Shown here: positions 45,921 through 58,354 of the stretch, in pieces
How the letters are laid out: each line of letters opens with the position of its first letter
How positions within the stretch are numbered: position 1 is the stretch's first letter
Source of the DNA: Macrostomum lignano
Lineage: Eukaryota
Assembly: GCA_002269645.1 (NCBI GenBank)
Contig: NIVC01000543.1
Span: 310,001-374,000 of the forward strand
Length of the DNA: 64,000 bases
Direction: 5' to 3'
The notes under the pieces: generated by a model
Told to the model about the DNA's origin: nothing
Database searches by the model: none
Seen by the model: only the letters and a program-made list of their open reading frames with translations
Position numbers and translations under genes: made by a program

Positions 45921-46694
45921 CTCGAGAGATCTCCCGGATCGCGAGCGCCACCACCGTCATCCTCAATGTTGGCTCCCGCTGGCACGTCGACAATTGTGTT
46001 CGAGTGCCGCGGCCCGCCGGAGCGCTGCCACACTGGCCCGCGACGGCTTCCAGCGCGGCGGCGATTCCGGCGGCAGAGCCAGCGCGGCCGCAGCAGACAG
46101 CCCAGACTGCGGTTCGAGTGAGCACGAGGACGCGAGCGCCTCCACAGTGGTACGGGGAAATTGTGACGCACTAACTGATTTATTAGTGACTGCTAACTGG
46201 CATTATCACGAACGCTGTGTATTTGAAGCGAAATTAGTTGTTCTCAGATTAATATTGCGATTTAATGCTCAGCGAAATACTCAGTGTGATGATATGCTTT
46301 TATTCCTTCGATGCTCAGTCATGCGCTTTTATTCCTTGTTCAATATTTCGACGAATTCGGTTTTCGCAATTCCGCTCATCGGAAGGGAAGGTGAATGTTG
46401 TGTTGCTACTCAATGCGTGTGCGTAGTTGTGTGTACGTTCGATGTACATCTGTTAGCTATCGATCGCATTACAATATATAATATATAAGTAAGAGCGCGG
46501 TGAGTTTGAGAGCTTGAGAGTTTCGCCTACAAACTTGCAGACTGGCTGGCTTATTCATTCTACAACAGGTACCGCAGTATCCAAGCTGGGATTCTTTGGA
46601 ACTGTCGGCTGCTCGACTAAATCTATTGGCCGCTTTGAGGCATCGCTTATAGCCGTCGAGGCGTTGAAGACTGGCACTGGCATGGCTCAATCTC

Positions 46695-47210
46695 TTGAGC
46701 TCGGAGAAGACTCCATCGAGGATTGCTCGGTGGCTAAACATGAAAATTCGAACGGTATACTCAATAAGAAGGCGATACGAAACCACTGGCCGCCAAGATC
46801 GTCTTCCCAGAGGCGGCTTGCGACACGAAAAAACTTGGAGAGATGCACACAAACACGCTGCTGCAAATGTTGGAAGAAAATCCACTTTTAACGCTGAGTC
46901 AAATGCAACATGATCTTCAACAATCTCATGGAATGGAAGTTAGCAAAAGTACGATCGCTCGGAAGCTCGACAAGCAATTGTTTACGATGAAGTGCTTGGT
47001 AAGGGACGCAGATGTGCCAGCAGCCAGGAACAGCCCCGAAAACGTTGCAATGATGCGTGAGCATGCCGAATGGCTGCTAGGTCTGCCAGCTGATTGCCAT
47101 TTGATTTACGTCGACGAAACAGGCTTTAATCTGTGGACGCGACGTGGTCAAGGCCGCAGCAGATGTGGTCAACGAGTGCGCCGGGTTGTTCATACACAAC
47201 GCGGTGTCCA
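46695..47210 (+). mobile_element. Tc1/IS630-like transposase fragment (N-terminal HTH to first catalytic Asp), frameshifted and truncated
   Basis: IARWLNMKIRTVYSIRRRY..TG..LPRGG; VSKSTIAR; LIYVDETGFNLWTRR. Confidence 0.75.
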
Positions 47211-47211
47211 A

Positions 47212-47790
47212 GTGAACAACCAGTCCGACGCTCGATGACACCTCGACCAGCCGTTTGATCTGGCGCTGGGCGCCTTCAACGGACGAGGACAGGAGGAGGG
47301 CTAGGTCGTCGGCGTAGCCAAGCACGCTCAGGCACTTTTCGCTGTGGCGGCGACCGATGTGTCTGCGCAGCAGCAGGAAGCCGTCGTCAGCCGAGGGGAG
47401 TGCGGTCCGAAGCACCCAGTCCAGCAGCAGCAGGAGGAACGGCGCCAGCGTGTCGCCCTGCAGAACTCCTGATGAAGTGTCGAACAGGTCAGACAGGCCG
47501 TCCGCCGTCGACATCACAGCAGCTCGAGTGTCGTGATACAGCGACATGACAGCGTCGACTAGCTGCTGGGGTACCCGGTAGGCTCGCAGGACAAGGGGAA
47601 GCGCGGCTCTCAACACCGAGTCAAACGCCTTTCGAAAGTCAACGAAGACAATGATCAGCGTTGACTGGCGGATGCGCGGCTTCTCGATGACACGGCGGAG
47701 TGCGAGGATCTGTGTCACTGTACCGCGTTGCGGCCGGAATCCGTTCTGCTCGTACCGCAGGTACGGGTCTAGCACCGACTGCAGACGATG
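47212..47790 (-). mobile_element. Non-LTR (RTE-like) reverse transcriptase fragment
   Basis: EQNGFRPQR, FVDFRKAFDSV, GVLQGDTLAPFL, LGYADDLAL. Confidence 0.9.
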
Positions 47791-47794
47791 CAAA

Positions 47795-49030
47795 GCAACA
47801 AGCATAGCTTCCGATTTTATGCCTGTGCCGGTCAAGAGCTTAGCGTTCCAGCGTAACAGTGTTTCCAAGAATTGAGGACCGCTTCTTATGGCGAAGAAGC
47901 CCAGAGTCGTGCAACCGTTTTTCGCTGGTACAGCTCGTCTTCGGCATCAGTTGCGCCTGACCCTCCTCAAGCATCCGGTGACGCTCCAGAACGTGGGCGA
48001 CCAAGGTCTGTTCGCACCACTGAGCTCGTGGACTTCATCAGATTGCTAATTTAGGAAGCGAGTGAGAATGCTCTCTGAATGGTTAGACACGCGTAAGTCA
48101 ACAATTCATCGAATTCTTACCGATGATCTTGGACTTCGCTGCGTGACATCCGTGTTGGTTCCCTGTCAGCTCAGCGAGACTAAACAGGCTGGCCAGACTT
48201 GAGTTTGGTAAAAACATGCGCCCTGATTTTGAGCGTATAGGAGTGAACGATGTAATGGACAAACTGCTGGTTACCGAGGACGAGTCCTGGATATTTCTTG
48301 AAGGCAGTGCCCAGCAAGATGCGGAACCTGTGTTGGGTGCAAGCGGGCGAGCCTCGGCGACAGTTGGTGAGAAGGTCTGTGAGCGACAAAAAGACGCTTA
48401 TTGCTGTCGCCTTCACCCCGGCAAGCGGTTCTCAGTAAGAACAACTGCTCCTGGAGAGACCGTTGACTCGCAGTTTATTGTGGAGTTCATGAAGCACACT
48501 GGAGACCTATGGAGATCTGTTGTGTATGAACTTAAGTTCTATGGTTTATGGGTGAAGCCTTATTCATATTTTAAGTATAGCAGCCAGCTACTTCGCTGCT
48601 GAAAATATACGCGCTGCATGCATCTACGATCTCTTCCTAACTCGGCATCTTGCATTCGTCTTCGTTACTTCGAAAAGTAAAACAAAGAGAAGTCGCCCGG
48701 TTCACCTGGACCAAGTCATCTGGCAGTGGGACAATGCAAGGCCGCAAGTGTCCGCAGAAACTCGAGGCTACATGAAAAACCGGAACATCCGCATGCTGTA
48801 CCAAGCTCCCTATAGTCCAGACATAAACCTTTGCGACAAATTCTTCATCTGATCAGCTGGATGAAGCAAGACTTCAAGCGCGTGTTCCACAGCCATTGCG
48901 AAGTGAAGGTGATGACGCATTGCAGTGGCTGGGAGGATTTGAAGACGACGGCATGAAACGCGAGGTTCACAGACTGTGAGAGCATTTCAACGCGCCGTTA
49001 TTAAGTCAGGAGACAACATTACTGCTTGAC
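47795..49030 (+). mobile_element. Degenerate mariner-type transposase with an unrelated insert at about 48520-48680
   Basis: YGEEAQSRATVFRWY, GRPRS, VTEDESWIF, WQWDNARP, APYSPDINLCD. Confidence 0.85.
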
Positions 49031-49113
49031 GACGTTCATCCCTTTTGTTCATGTCAACGTTTTGTTGTTTTTGACTGTTAAGAAGTGGCAATCGAGGCGC
49101 TATCGTTAGGAGA

Positions 49114-52100
49114 TTGAGAGATGCGCTGGCGATGCTCCAGATGCTGACTGGCGGGCGCCTAGTCAGACGGGATCAGGATGGTCGATTGGATGTGGCGGAG
49201 CTTAGAGACTATCTCAGGTACACCGCACGCATTGGCGAGTTGTTGGACCTGGGCTTCGACAAGAGCCATGTCATGAGATTTGATAACGAGTGCCGGCTCA
49301 GCCAAGCGTCAGATGGCAAGTGGGAGTTGCACAGCTCGGATCTGAGTCTGGTTGCGGCGTACCTCATGGATCCCCAGAAGCAGCAATCGGGGGGGGGGTG
49401 GTGCCCAAGAGCGCAATCAACTGGTTTGCTTCGACTACAACAGGATACGCGGGTGCGAACGCAAGAGCTGTCGGTTCCCGCATCGCTGTCGAAGATGCGG
49501 CCTGGCGCACTCTGAGGCAGCCTTCCACCGCAACGAATCAAGCGGTGAGGAGAAACCGCAACACAGACTCGATCATAGCGCGAATTTTATTCCTCCTATT
49601 TTATCCACTGGTCTCAATCTGGCCGAGTAGCAGGCGGAGTTGTGCAAGCTGGATCTCCCGCTTGGTCGGATGGCTTTTATCCTTGATGACATTGCTAGCG
49701 GCCTTCGCATCACCAATCGTCAGATGCGTGGCAACGAGCTGGTTGAGGTGGCAAACTACTTTAAGCACCAAGACAAAGTCGCGCGTCGCTAATGAGCTTC
49801 GTCTCAGTCGTTATCGTCTCTGTGCTGCTGGTGACAAACCTCGCATAGTCAGCGCCCTTGGTGCGTTGCCGAAGTCCAACAGTGGCGTTCGCCTAATCCA
49901 CGACTGCAGCCGGCCGCAAGGGAAGTCTTTGAATTCCGATTATGAGAGCGAGCAGAGACTACGTTTCACCTGTGTCCAGAACTTCGCTAAGAGGCTTAAG
50001 AAGAATTAATTTATGAGCAAGGTCGATCTCAGCGAAGCCTATCGTTCATGTGGGATCCATCCTGACGACCACAAGTTTACCGGTTTGAAATTTCGGTGAG
50101 GTGGCGATGCTTGCGACACCTACATAGTGGACACGCGGCTGCCATTTGGTGCTGCTGTTTCCTATCATTTCAGCGAGGCGGTCAAATTGATGATGGTGCA
50201 CCGCGGCTTGAATACTGAGGCTTATCTGGACGATTTTGCCTTTTGCAGCTCGCAAAATGAGTTTGAGGCCTTCTTCAATGGGTTGACGTTGCTGATGATC
50301 ATACTGGGCTTCACCGTGAATTGGACGAAGTGTCAGCGGCCTTCGCAAAGGTTGACGTTTCTCGGTGTGGAGCTCGACACCGTCAAGGGCCTGAAGCGGC
50401 TTTCAGACGAAAAAGTGGAGAAACTTTTAAAGCAACTGGACGATGCTGCTGCAATGCAACGATCGCACCAGCAAGCAAAGTTTACAGATCATCGGCAGGC
50501 TGGTGTGGGCTTCGCAGGTGATCGAATGCGGTCGGCCGTTCCTTCAGGACCTAATTTCGCGCTCTAAAAATTTCGCGGTCAGCAAGATGAGATGGATGCG
50601 GCCCGGTGTAGCCAGCTGCGCTGGTGGAAGTCTGCTCTGCTTGCCTAGAGGTGGAAGACACTCTGGTTCAATAGCGATTTCGATGCCGCCGCGATCGAGT
50701 CGGACGCCTTCCTGGTGGGCGGCGCAGCTGTGTTGCGGTTGCCGGGGGCGTGAGTGACTGGCGCTACGTTAATTGGGACCTCGACGCTGATGCTGTTTTT
50801 AGGGATCTGCCAATCAATTACAAGGAGGCTGTGATACCTCTGCTGGCGTTGCTGTCGTGGCGGGATCGCCTGCACAAACTGTCGGCTGTGCATCTACTGT
50901 GATAATATGGCAGCGTGCAATGGGGTCTCCAGGTGCCTTCTGGTGATGAGGCTGTTGCAGACGGTGGCGCTGCTTTGCATTCGTCAGAACATTCAGCTGC
51001 GTGCTTACCGCATGCCGGGTCGTTTCAAATTTTTGCTGACGCCGTGTCTCGGCTGCATGAGGGCAGTCAGTTGTTGAATTTTTTGCTGCGCTATTATAGC
51101 TCACTGGTGCATTCCACCGATTGTTCGCTTGTCCGGCACACGGTTTCTGCTGCCACATCCGCTTTTCTCTGTTTTCATGTCGCCAGACTGCGCCATACCA
51201 CCTCAGCCACAGAGCCCGTGAACTACTCGGTTCCTCTTACGCGGCTCGCTCGAAAAGCGCCATCAGCTCAACGTGCGGTCCTGGCGCGCGTACTGCTCAG
51301 CCAAAGGACTCCACCCCGCCGGCCCGGTTGTACTGTGTCCGCGCTGCTAAACTACCTGGCTGGCCTCACCGACACGCGCCTGCGAGCCTACAGTAGCATT
51401 CGTGGTCACGTTAGCTCGCGCTTTCACTGTGGTTTCGGCTGAACGGCACTCAGTACCTGACAAAACACACCCTCACCCAGCATCTGCTGCGGGGCTGCAA
51501 GCGAGCGCTGGGGCTTCAGGTCAACCAAAAGCTACCAATGTCTCCGTCGGTGCTGCAAAAGCTTTGGTCTCTGGTTGACAAGGGCGACAATCGGCAACTG
51601 GCCTGCTGGGCGGTCACCATCACTGCCTGGTGGGGAATGCTGCGAAAATCCTCACTCCTTTGGTCGTCGCCTCAGTTGGGTAGTAGAATAGGGTGAAAAA
51701 TCTGGCACCTCACCGTTGCGGCCTCCTCTTAAGCGTGGACTTTGGCAAGACTATTCAGTTCCGGGATCAGGTGCACCGCGTCCTGCTTCCGAAGTTTCCC
51801 GCCTGCCCCGCGCTCTGCCCGGTAGTGGCGATTCGCCGACATTTGTGTGTCAACAAAGCTGGCGATGGCCTAGGCGCCACTCTGGTCCTTCATCGATCGC
51901 AAATGGACAGCGGCGCTATCTAGCCGCTCGGGACTTGGACCGGTTTCTTGACTCTAAGCTGCGGAAGGCTGGGTGTGGTGAGAAGCTCTACTCGGATCAC
52001 AGCCTGCGGCGAGGTGGGGCCACCTGGGCAGCTCGAATAGGCCTGCCGCGGTGGCGGAGATTCAGCGGATCGGCGACTAGAAGATTTCGGCGCTGGAGCG

Positions 52101-52630
52101 CTACTTGCCCCACTCGGGTGTTGTCACTGCTGCGGCCTCTCTGCGTTTTTCTTCCGCCCTTTATGCTCATTTTTGACGGTGGTCTTCTCGCTGGTTTGTT
52201 TTTGCAATGTGCCTAACTGCCATGGTCTCAGCCCCCGTTGTGTTTGGCTTTGGAGGCCTTCTTCGTTGCTGAGCCAAATTCGCATTTTAATTCCTTGTAG
52301 CTGGAAGCACAATAATAAACTGGTTTGTGAGGCGCAAGCGCACAAACCGGCTTTAGTGCCCAGCGCGTTGATTTGTACATGTGCATCGCCGCCAGCCCCC
52401 CACCTCTGGGTGGCAGGGCCGGGGGGCCGGGGGTGTTTTTAAAACCCCCGTCGCGCCGCTCTACTGGCGGCTCACTGCCTTATCGCAGTGATTTTTTTCT
52501 TTTTTTCTCGTGTTAAGTCTGCTTTAAGCTTAATAGATTGAAGATCGAAACACTTTTTTTATTGACGGAGGCCTTCCTTTCTGTGCCAAATTCGCGTTTT
52601 AATGCCTTCGTAGCTGGAAGCACTAAAACA
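49114..52630 (+). mobile_element. Degenerate Ngaro/DIRS-like tyrosine-recombinase retrotransposon
   Basis: gag-like ORF with CFDYNRIRGCERKSCRFPHRCRRCG finger; RT RLIHDCSRP, KVDLSEAYR, RLPFG, YLDDF, LTFLGVELDT; RNase H IYCDN; recombinase HSLRRGGAT; split 3' direct repeats 52252-52312 / 52567-52625. Confidence 0.85.
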
Positions 52631-54089
52631 GCCATAATTACCTGCTAAAAAACCAGGTACAAACGTAAGTAAACGCGTTATGCGTAAAGTGCTATCACGC
52701 ACAAAAACACGTATTTTGCGCGTTTTTTTGTGCAGTGCAGCAAAAACACGCTTAAACTGCTCGTATTATGTGTATTTCGCATGCATTTATAGCGGATTTG
52801 CGTATTTTAGCGCATAAGTTACACGGCTCGTAGCCACGTGTTGTGCGCGTTCCTTCTATAATAAAATACGCGTTTCACGCTCGCGGTCACTGCGCGTACA
52901 TGTATATGTATATAAATACTAGCATGGTTCGCCGGGTCTAGCTCATACTGTACTCGTTGCACAGCGGCTTGACCTTCTACAAATTTAATCGTCAGTCAGG
53001 CTTAGGGTTAGGCAACCAAGATGATAAGTAACTCAAAAAAATGCTTGCGCTCGGCCAGTGGACTTGTCTACATGGCGAGTGTTGCAGGTGGCAATTGCAG
53101 GGCGTACTCAGCAACCTTTTAAGGAGCTACATGTAGGAGCGGTGACATTTGAGAATTTTCATTGTAAGCATTCTGTACTTGGAATTGTCATGAATGACAA
53201 GAAAATTTAGAAACAAAAAAGAAGTTTATAGTCAACGCCAGCGAGAACAAGCAACAATCTTAGTTGTTATACTCGTATACGGGCAATTAGCTAATCCCTC
53301 GGTACTGAGTGTATTTATTGTAGTAAAGTTGCTGTTAGATAAAAAATACTTTGTTATAATTACCTTCACTCGTAGCAAGGCGCAGCTGCCCGCTTACAAA
53401 AGGCTGAGCACGAGTAAAACTATTGAGTAGCGCATGCCGTACCGTGAGAAAAATTAGCAATCCAATAGGTATTTTACTAGTAATAACGGAACAAAATCAG
53501 AAGATTTTCACAATTTTAAGATTTTTCCGAGCGAGACGTGTATGAAGGAGGCTAAATGTGGAGATATCGCCAACAGCAAACAGAGAAGCAATGTGCGCAG
53601 AAAAAAATCTTAAGATGTAAGATTATTTTAATAAAACTGCTGATTGGGCAAAGAGCTGGAGGCAGGAAGCATGCAACAGATAAAATTAGATCAGGATCAG
53701 CCTAATTCTGAGCTGCGAGTCCACAACCACCGGAACCGGGCTAGATCAGCGTTCACATTATCCGATATTTATTCGAACGTATTGTCAAAGAAACGGGAAA
53801 CAAGCCGGACGAACCGAAGTTTCTGAATTCAGTCAAAGGCAGAGCATCTTGGAACAAAATTCCCAAAGATAGGCGGTTTTTTGAAGTGATGAACTGTTTA
53901 AAAACTAATTTTGAATGGACTGCTTTTGGGTAAGTACCATTAATTTGTTATTATTTTATGCAATAAACTTGCTAGCCACAAATTTGTCAGGATAAAGCGA
54001 CTAGTGTGGTGATAGGGCAGCGCATGAATAACTATGCAATAAGCCTGCTAATACATGTATATATATAGCATGTACATGCATGTAATAGC

Positions 54090-55965
54090 TTTTTGCAGGC
54101 CATTTGATACTACAAGCAAGCAATTTAATACTCGCAATCAGTGGGGAAACCCAGCGCTAAAAGACAGATTCCTCAGTAGGCTATGGTCTAAGCTATGAGC
54201 TTTGGAGCAACCAATTTAATAACTCGAGCACTCATTCAGTTATTTCCAGGGTCTCTGGTGTCGCTTTGGCTGCAAAACATTCAAAATGGTAGAAGATGAA
54301 GCCAGCGAGCTGAGCAGCTAGCTTTTAGAGGAAGATGGAGAGAGCAGATAAAGCGCTAGAAGAATAAGATTATGCAGCACGTGGCTCCTATGATAGCGCT
54401 GCTCATGCACACTTCACAGGATTGTAGAAACTGCTGATTTCACACCAGCCAAGTGCGGTGAATCGTTTAAGCACATGTCCGCTTCGTTCTCCACTGCATC
54501 ACTGACTGGTGAAGCAATTCTATAAGACTACTGATACTTACGAGTCGTAGCTTTGTCTCCCCACAGTGTTCAAAAGCGAAACCAGTGATTTTGACATTAC
54601 TAAATGAGTGCTCGAATTATACCTGTTCCACTTCACGTCTGTCAAAAGTAGCCTCAAATCTGTTGTGGATAGAAATGCATAAATTCAGCTCGCAAACTGA
54701 GTGCCAAATAATGGCAAAGAACCTATGGCAAAGAACCTCACATCAATTTTGTCGCAAGTAACTTCAAATCCATCTTCTATATCGTCTATAGGAAAAATAA
54801 GTTGTGGCTAATTCCGGGGATAGAAAAAGGGACTGTAGTAGACTGACTAAACGTTCTGCACAGGAACTTAATATAGATATTTATGGCAATTCTCAAGTTA
54901 AAAGCTGTCTAAAGTAAGTTCAAATCTGTCATAGATAAATCCACTGCTGCTGGAAGCTACGAGAGATAGCAACAGTTTCTTTTGCCTTGCCAGCCATGCC
55001 CTATACAAGAATCTGCTGACTAGTCAACTGCTACAATGCTGGACGTGATTGGAGAAGACTGGCTGTTGACATCTGGATCAAAAGGACGACCGCAAATCTC
55101 ATCTTTAAGCATCATTTGTAGGGAAAATAGAACAGAGTACACTGTAAGAGACGGTGCTAGGCATATGAAAGTAACGCACTGCACCAGTATGTTGCCGAGA
55201 AACCGAACAGTTACGGACAAGCCTGCTTTGATCGCCGAGACATCTTTGCCTAGGATGCATGAAGTTCACTTTGACTGTAACTGTTTGACTGTTGAAAATA
55301 GACGGACTTGATCATGGATGAAGGAATAGAAAGGATCGCTCATCTGAAAGCGAGTCTATGGTCAAGACTTCCTAAAAATTGGGATATTCCCCCCCCCCCG
55401 CCATGAATTTCATTGGCTGCTGGAATTTAATAATAGTCCCCCCTAAGTTCTTAATGACTGAAGATTGTACGCGGGGGAAATTCACTATTAACGCGTGTGC
55501 TAGGCTGTAGCATTGACAAAGATAACCTTTTCAGCCAGTAATAACTTGGGGGGACTATAATTAAATTCCAGAAGCCAATAAAATTCATGGGGGGAGTATT
55601 CCAATTTTTAGAAAGTCTTGGCCATAGACTCGCCTTCAGATGAGCGATCCTTTCTATTCCTTCATCATGGAATTGATTCACTGAAGACAGATTTGAAGCC
55701 ACTTGCGACAGAATTGATGTGAGGTTCTTTGCCATAGACACTTCGTTGGCACTCAGATTGCGAGCTGAATGTATGCATTTCTCCTATCCATGACAGATTT
55801 GAAGTGGAAAAGGTACATTAAATTAGTTGCTCCAAAGCCATAGACTACATGGCTTTGAAGGTTTATGGTTTGAACTATAGACTACTGAGAAATCGGTCTT
55901 TTAGCGCTGGGTTTCCCCACTGATTATTAAATTGCTTGCTTTTAGTATAAAATGGCCAGCAAAAA
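54090..55965. repeat. Large interrupted foldback: right arm about 55510-55965; left arm in three pieces (54090-54220, 54620-54780, 55315-55465)
   Basis: e.g. CAGTGGGGAAACCCAGCGCTAAAAGA, CTATGGCAAAGAACCTCACATCAATT and GATGAAGGAATAGAAAGGATCGCTCATCTGAA each have a reverse-complement partner in the right arm, in mirror order. Confidence 0.88.
54220..54619. mobile_element. About 400-bp MITE-like insert in the foldback left arm
   Basis: TIR TAACTCGAGCACTCATT / AATGAGTGCTCGAATTA (16/17); absent from the mirror arm; TA-like target. Confidence 0.65.
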
Positions 55966-55997
55966 TCTGTATTTTTTACACTACTTCATCCCGATCA

Positions 55998-56415
55998 AAT
56001 AGCTACATCTCCATTCTATTCTAATCCATTCTAAATAAACCCCCTATTTAAAACGACCCTTTTTAACAATTGCAGTGAACAGTAAAGCGTTCTATGCAAG
56101 TGTGGTGGATATTTGATTGTGTAATGATATTCTTTATCAGTGCCTATCAGATCAAAGATATGTCAACGTGAAAATAAGTTTGATCTGATAGGCACTGATA
56201 ATGGGTATCATCACACATGCAAATATCCACCACACTTGCATAAAACGCTTCACTGTTTTAGCTGTGCAATTCTTAAAAAAAGGGCCGTTCAAAAAAGGAT
56301 TTATGTGTTGAAGCTGCATGAGTGAGCTTGAGGCACCACTAAGCAATAATGGAATGCAACAATGATAACTGATGAACCAACCATTGCATCATTTAGAATA
56401 GAATGAGGATGTAGC
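55998..56415. repeat. Long imperfect hairpin with a 23-bp perfect core and 22-nt loop
   Basis: TTATCAGTGCCTATCAGATCAAA (56134-56156) / TTTGATCTGATAGGCACTGATAA (56179-56201); pairing continues outward (GCAAGTGTGGTGGATATTTG; CTACATC..CATTCTATTCTAA). Confidence 0.85.
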
Positions 56416-57397
56416 AGTATTATCGAATTTGAGAAATCGCGATTTTTGGATCACCATAATATAACCACCCTCCCTATCTCTTGCTGTTACAATTCTAAAA
56501 GTCAATCACTTCGCTTTGAAAAAAAAACACTCAAGATAGAAAGAACGTCACAAAAGGTCTAACAAATGACAGTAGGAAAAGCAAAGCAAAACGGTAAAAT
56601 GGCACGCACTGAGGGATAAAACCCATTTTACGACGCGTAAGGGCACTTAATAAAATTATCATTTCCATAGGCAGGCAAATTAATCAGAAAAGCAGCTGCA
56701 GGACATGCATTGCCACAAAACAGGTTTAAGCCTACGGAGGCCGTGACACACATTAGCTCATTCATGTACAGCAGTTAACTCATTTAATCTTTCATTGGGC
56801 TCTTGTAACTTCGTAGAAAAACATAAAATGAGGACTGAAGGCGAATGAAGACTTTTAGCACAATACTGGCTCTGAAATGCATCCAATTGGAGCACTACTA
56901 GCCAGCAGCTTATTTACTACATACAGAAGCTTATGTAGTATTATGTATAACATGTAGTATGTATGTAGTATTATATTATGTTCTCTTATTTGTGTGCATC
57001 TATAACGACATCTATTTGAAATAGGCAAATACAATAGTACGCACAAACATAATAGCAATAATTTGATTCATACAACTGCCGAAAGCTTACAAAGTATCCT
57101 GGGTATCGTATTTTTGTTCATGCTTACATATACCACAGAATATACACTAGCTAACTTTAATTCACTAGCTAGTACCCCAGTTCTAATTCCACAAGCTGGA
57201 ATGCCTGCACCTTTTAATGGTCTATAGGATTAAGCTCGGCAGTTTAAATAAAATAAATTTGATGCGAATTGAAGTGATATTAAATTTACAAACTGATTTG
57301 GGTATAGAAGTTCAGCGCGAATTCTCAATACACACATAATTGGAAAACAGAGTACAAGGCCACCTCACACGTAGCACAAAAACGCAACAGAAGCTGC

Positions 57398-57772
57398 TCA
57401 GGCTTCATCGTCAGTGTGAGCCCCGCCTCCGCAGCCCTGCAGACGCAGCCTCGCGAAGTCTTCGAAGATCAGATCATCGTCTGGTGGGTTGCTGTGTTCG
57501 GCGGTGTCCAAGTGTATGAGGTCCGGGTCCACCGCGTTAGCGGCGGCAGCAGCAGGCTCAGTCGCGGTCTCGTTGCAGCCGGCTGTGGGGGCAGATGCAA
57601 TGGCGGTAGAGGCGGCTGGTTGTGTTTCGTCAGCGGCCAGCGAATCTGCATCGGGTGGCTTTGGATGCGTCAGAATGAATGGTAGCTCCACTGAGACGTC
57701 CGAAGCGCCGAAGCCGAGCACAAGACGGACTTTGACGCGGTAGCTCACTACAATGCCAAGCGACTCTCTGCC
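57398..57772 (-). CDS. ARRB: Beta-arrestin, last coding exon
   Basis: LGIVVSYRVKVRL, VELPFILTHPKP, clathrin-box-like LIHLD, AP2-binding DDLIFEDFARLRL; acceptor TTTCGCAG; stop TGA. Confidence 0.93.
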   Translation of the reverse strand, partial: GRESLGIVVSYRVKVRLVLGFGASDVSVELPFILTHPKPPDADSLAADETQPAASTAIASAPTAGCNETATEPAAAAANAVDPDLIHLDTAEHSNPPDDDLIFEDFARLRLQGCGGGAHTDDEA

Positions 57773-57943
57773 CTGCGAAAGCACAAACAGTAAGGTGCGA
57801 TTTATTATCGAGAGTTTGGCAAAGTCGAGAGTTTACTCGACTTATTAGCTTGTAAAAAATGCCGACTCCAAAAAACTCCGGCATTCAAACCGATGTTACT
57901 TTTGAGTTTAAAAGCAGCCCTAATCGTGACAGATAATACGCAC

Positions 57944-58354
57944 TTGTTGTTGAGTCTCTCTGCAGCTACTGCTCACGGATGCAGCGATAGTGCTGCTGGC
58001 CAGACTGGTATCTTCGTGCTTGAGCTGCCCGTCCAATGCGAGTCCTCGCTTGTCCCTGTTGTTGGAAAGCAGCGGGCAGACACGGTAAACCTTGCACCAT
58101 CCCGTCTGCGATGGGCCGATGGGAAATCCCTCATCTGACTCGAGTTCAGCTACAGCACACTTGTAGCTGTTCGGGCTGAACAGGCAGATGTCGGCAACTT
58201 GGCTCACTGTGATACGCACCCGCTTCACCGAACGGTGAGAGTTGTTGTCAACCAGCACGTTGATGGCGATAGACTCGCCGTGGTAGTACTGCTCTTTGTC
58301 CAGACTGGCCTCCAGCCTCAGACAGCCGGAGCTCATCATAAAAGCCTTGGTGGT
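57944..58354 (-). CDS. ARRB: Beta-arrestin (non-visual arrestin), penultimate coding exon
   Basis: [58 protein letters not shown]; donor CAA|GTGCG; acceptor at 58355 is a best guess (137 codons, phase 0). Confidence 0.92.

Larger units (their letters stand above)
37175..46567 (+). mobile_element. Ty3/gypsy LTR retrotransposon A (Mag-like), defective, interrupted by element B
   Basis: 172-bp LTRs 37175-37346 and 46396-46567 (2 differences seen); TSD GGTAC; PBS TGGCGTCGCAAGC 37348-37360; PPT GGAAGGGAAGGTGAA 46381-46395; gag with two Zn knuckles plus protease LVDSGA, RT YIDD, RNase H, integrase; frameshift near 38815, stops near 39087 and 44302. Confidence 0.95.

Noticed and set aside
45920-46488. 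C-terminal extension of track ORF 44356-46488
   Set aside because: Runs past a disrupted integrase end into 3' UTR and LTR; not protein-like
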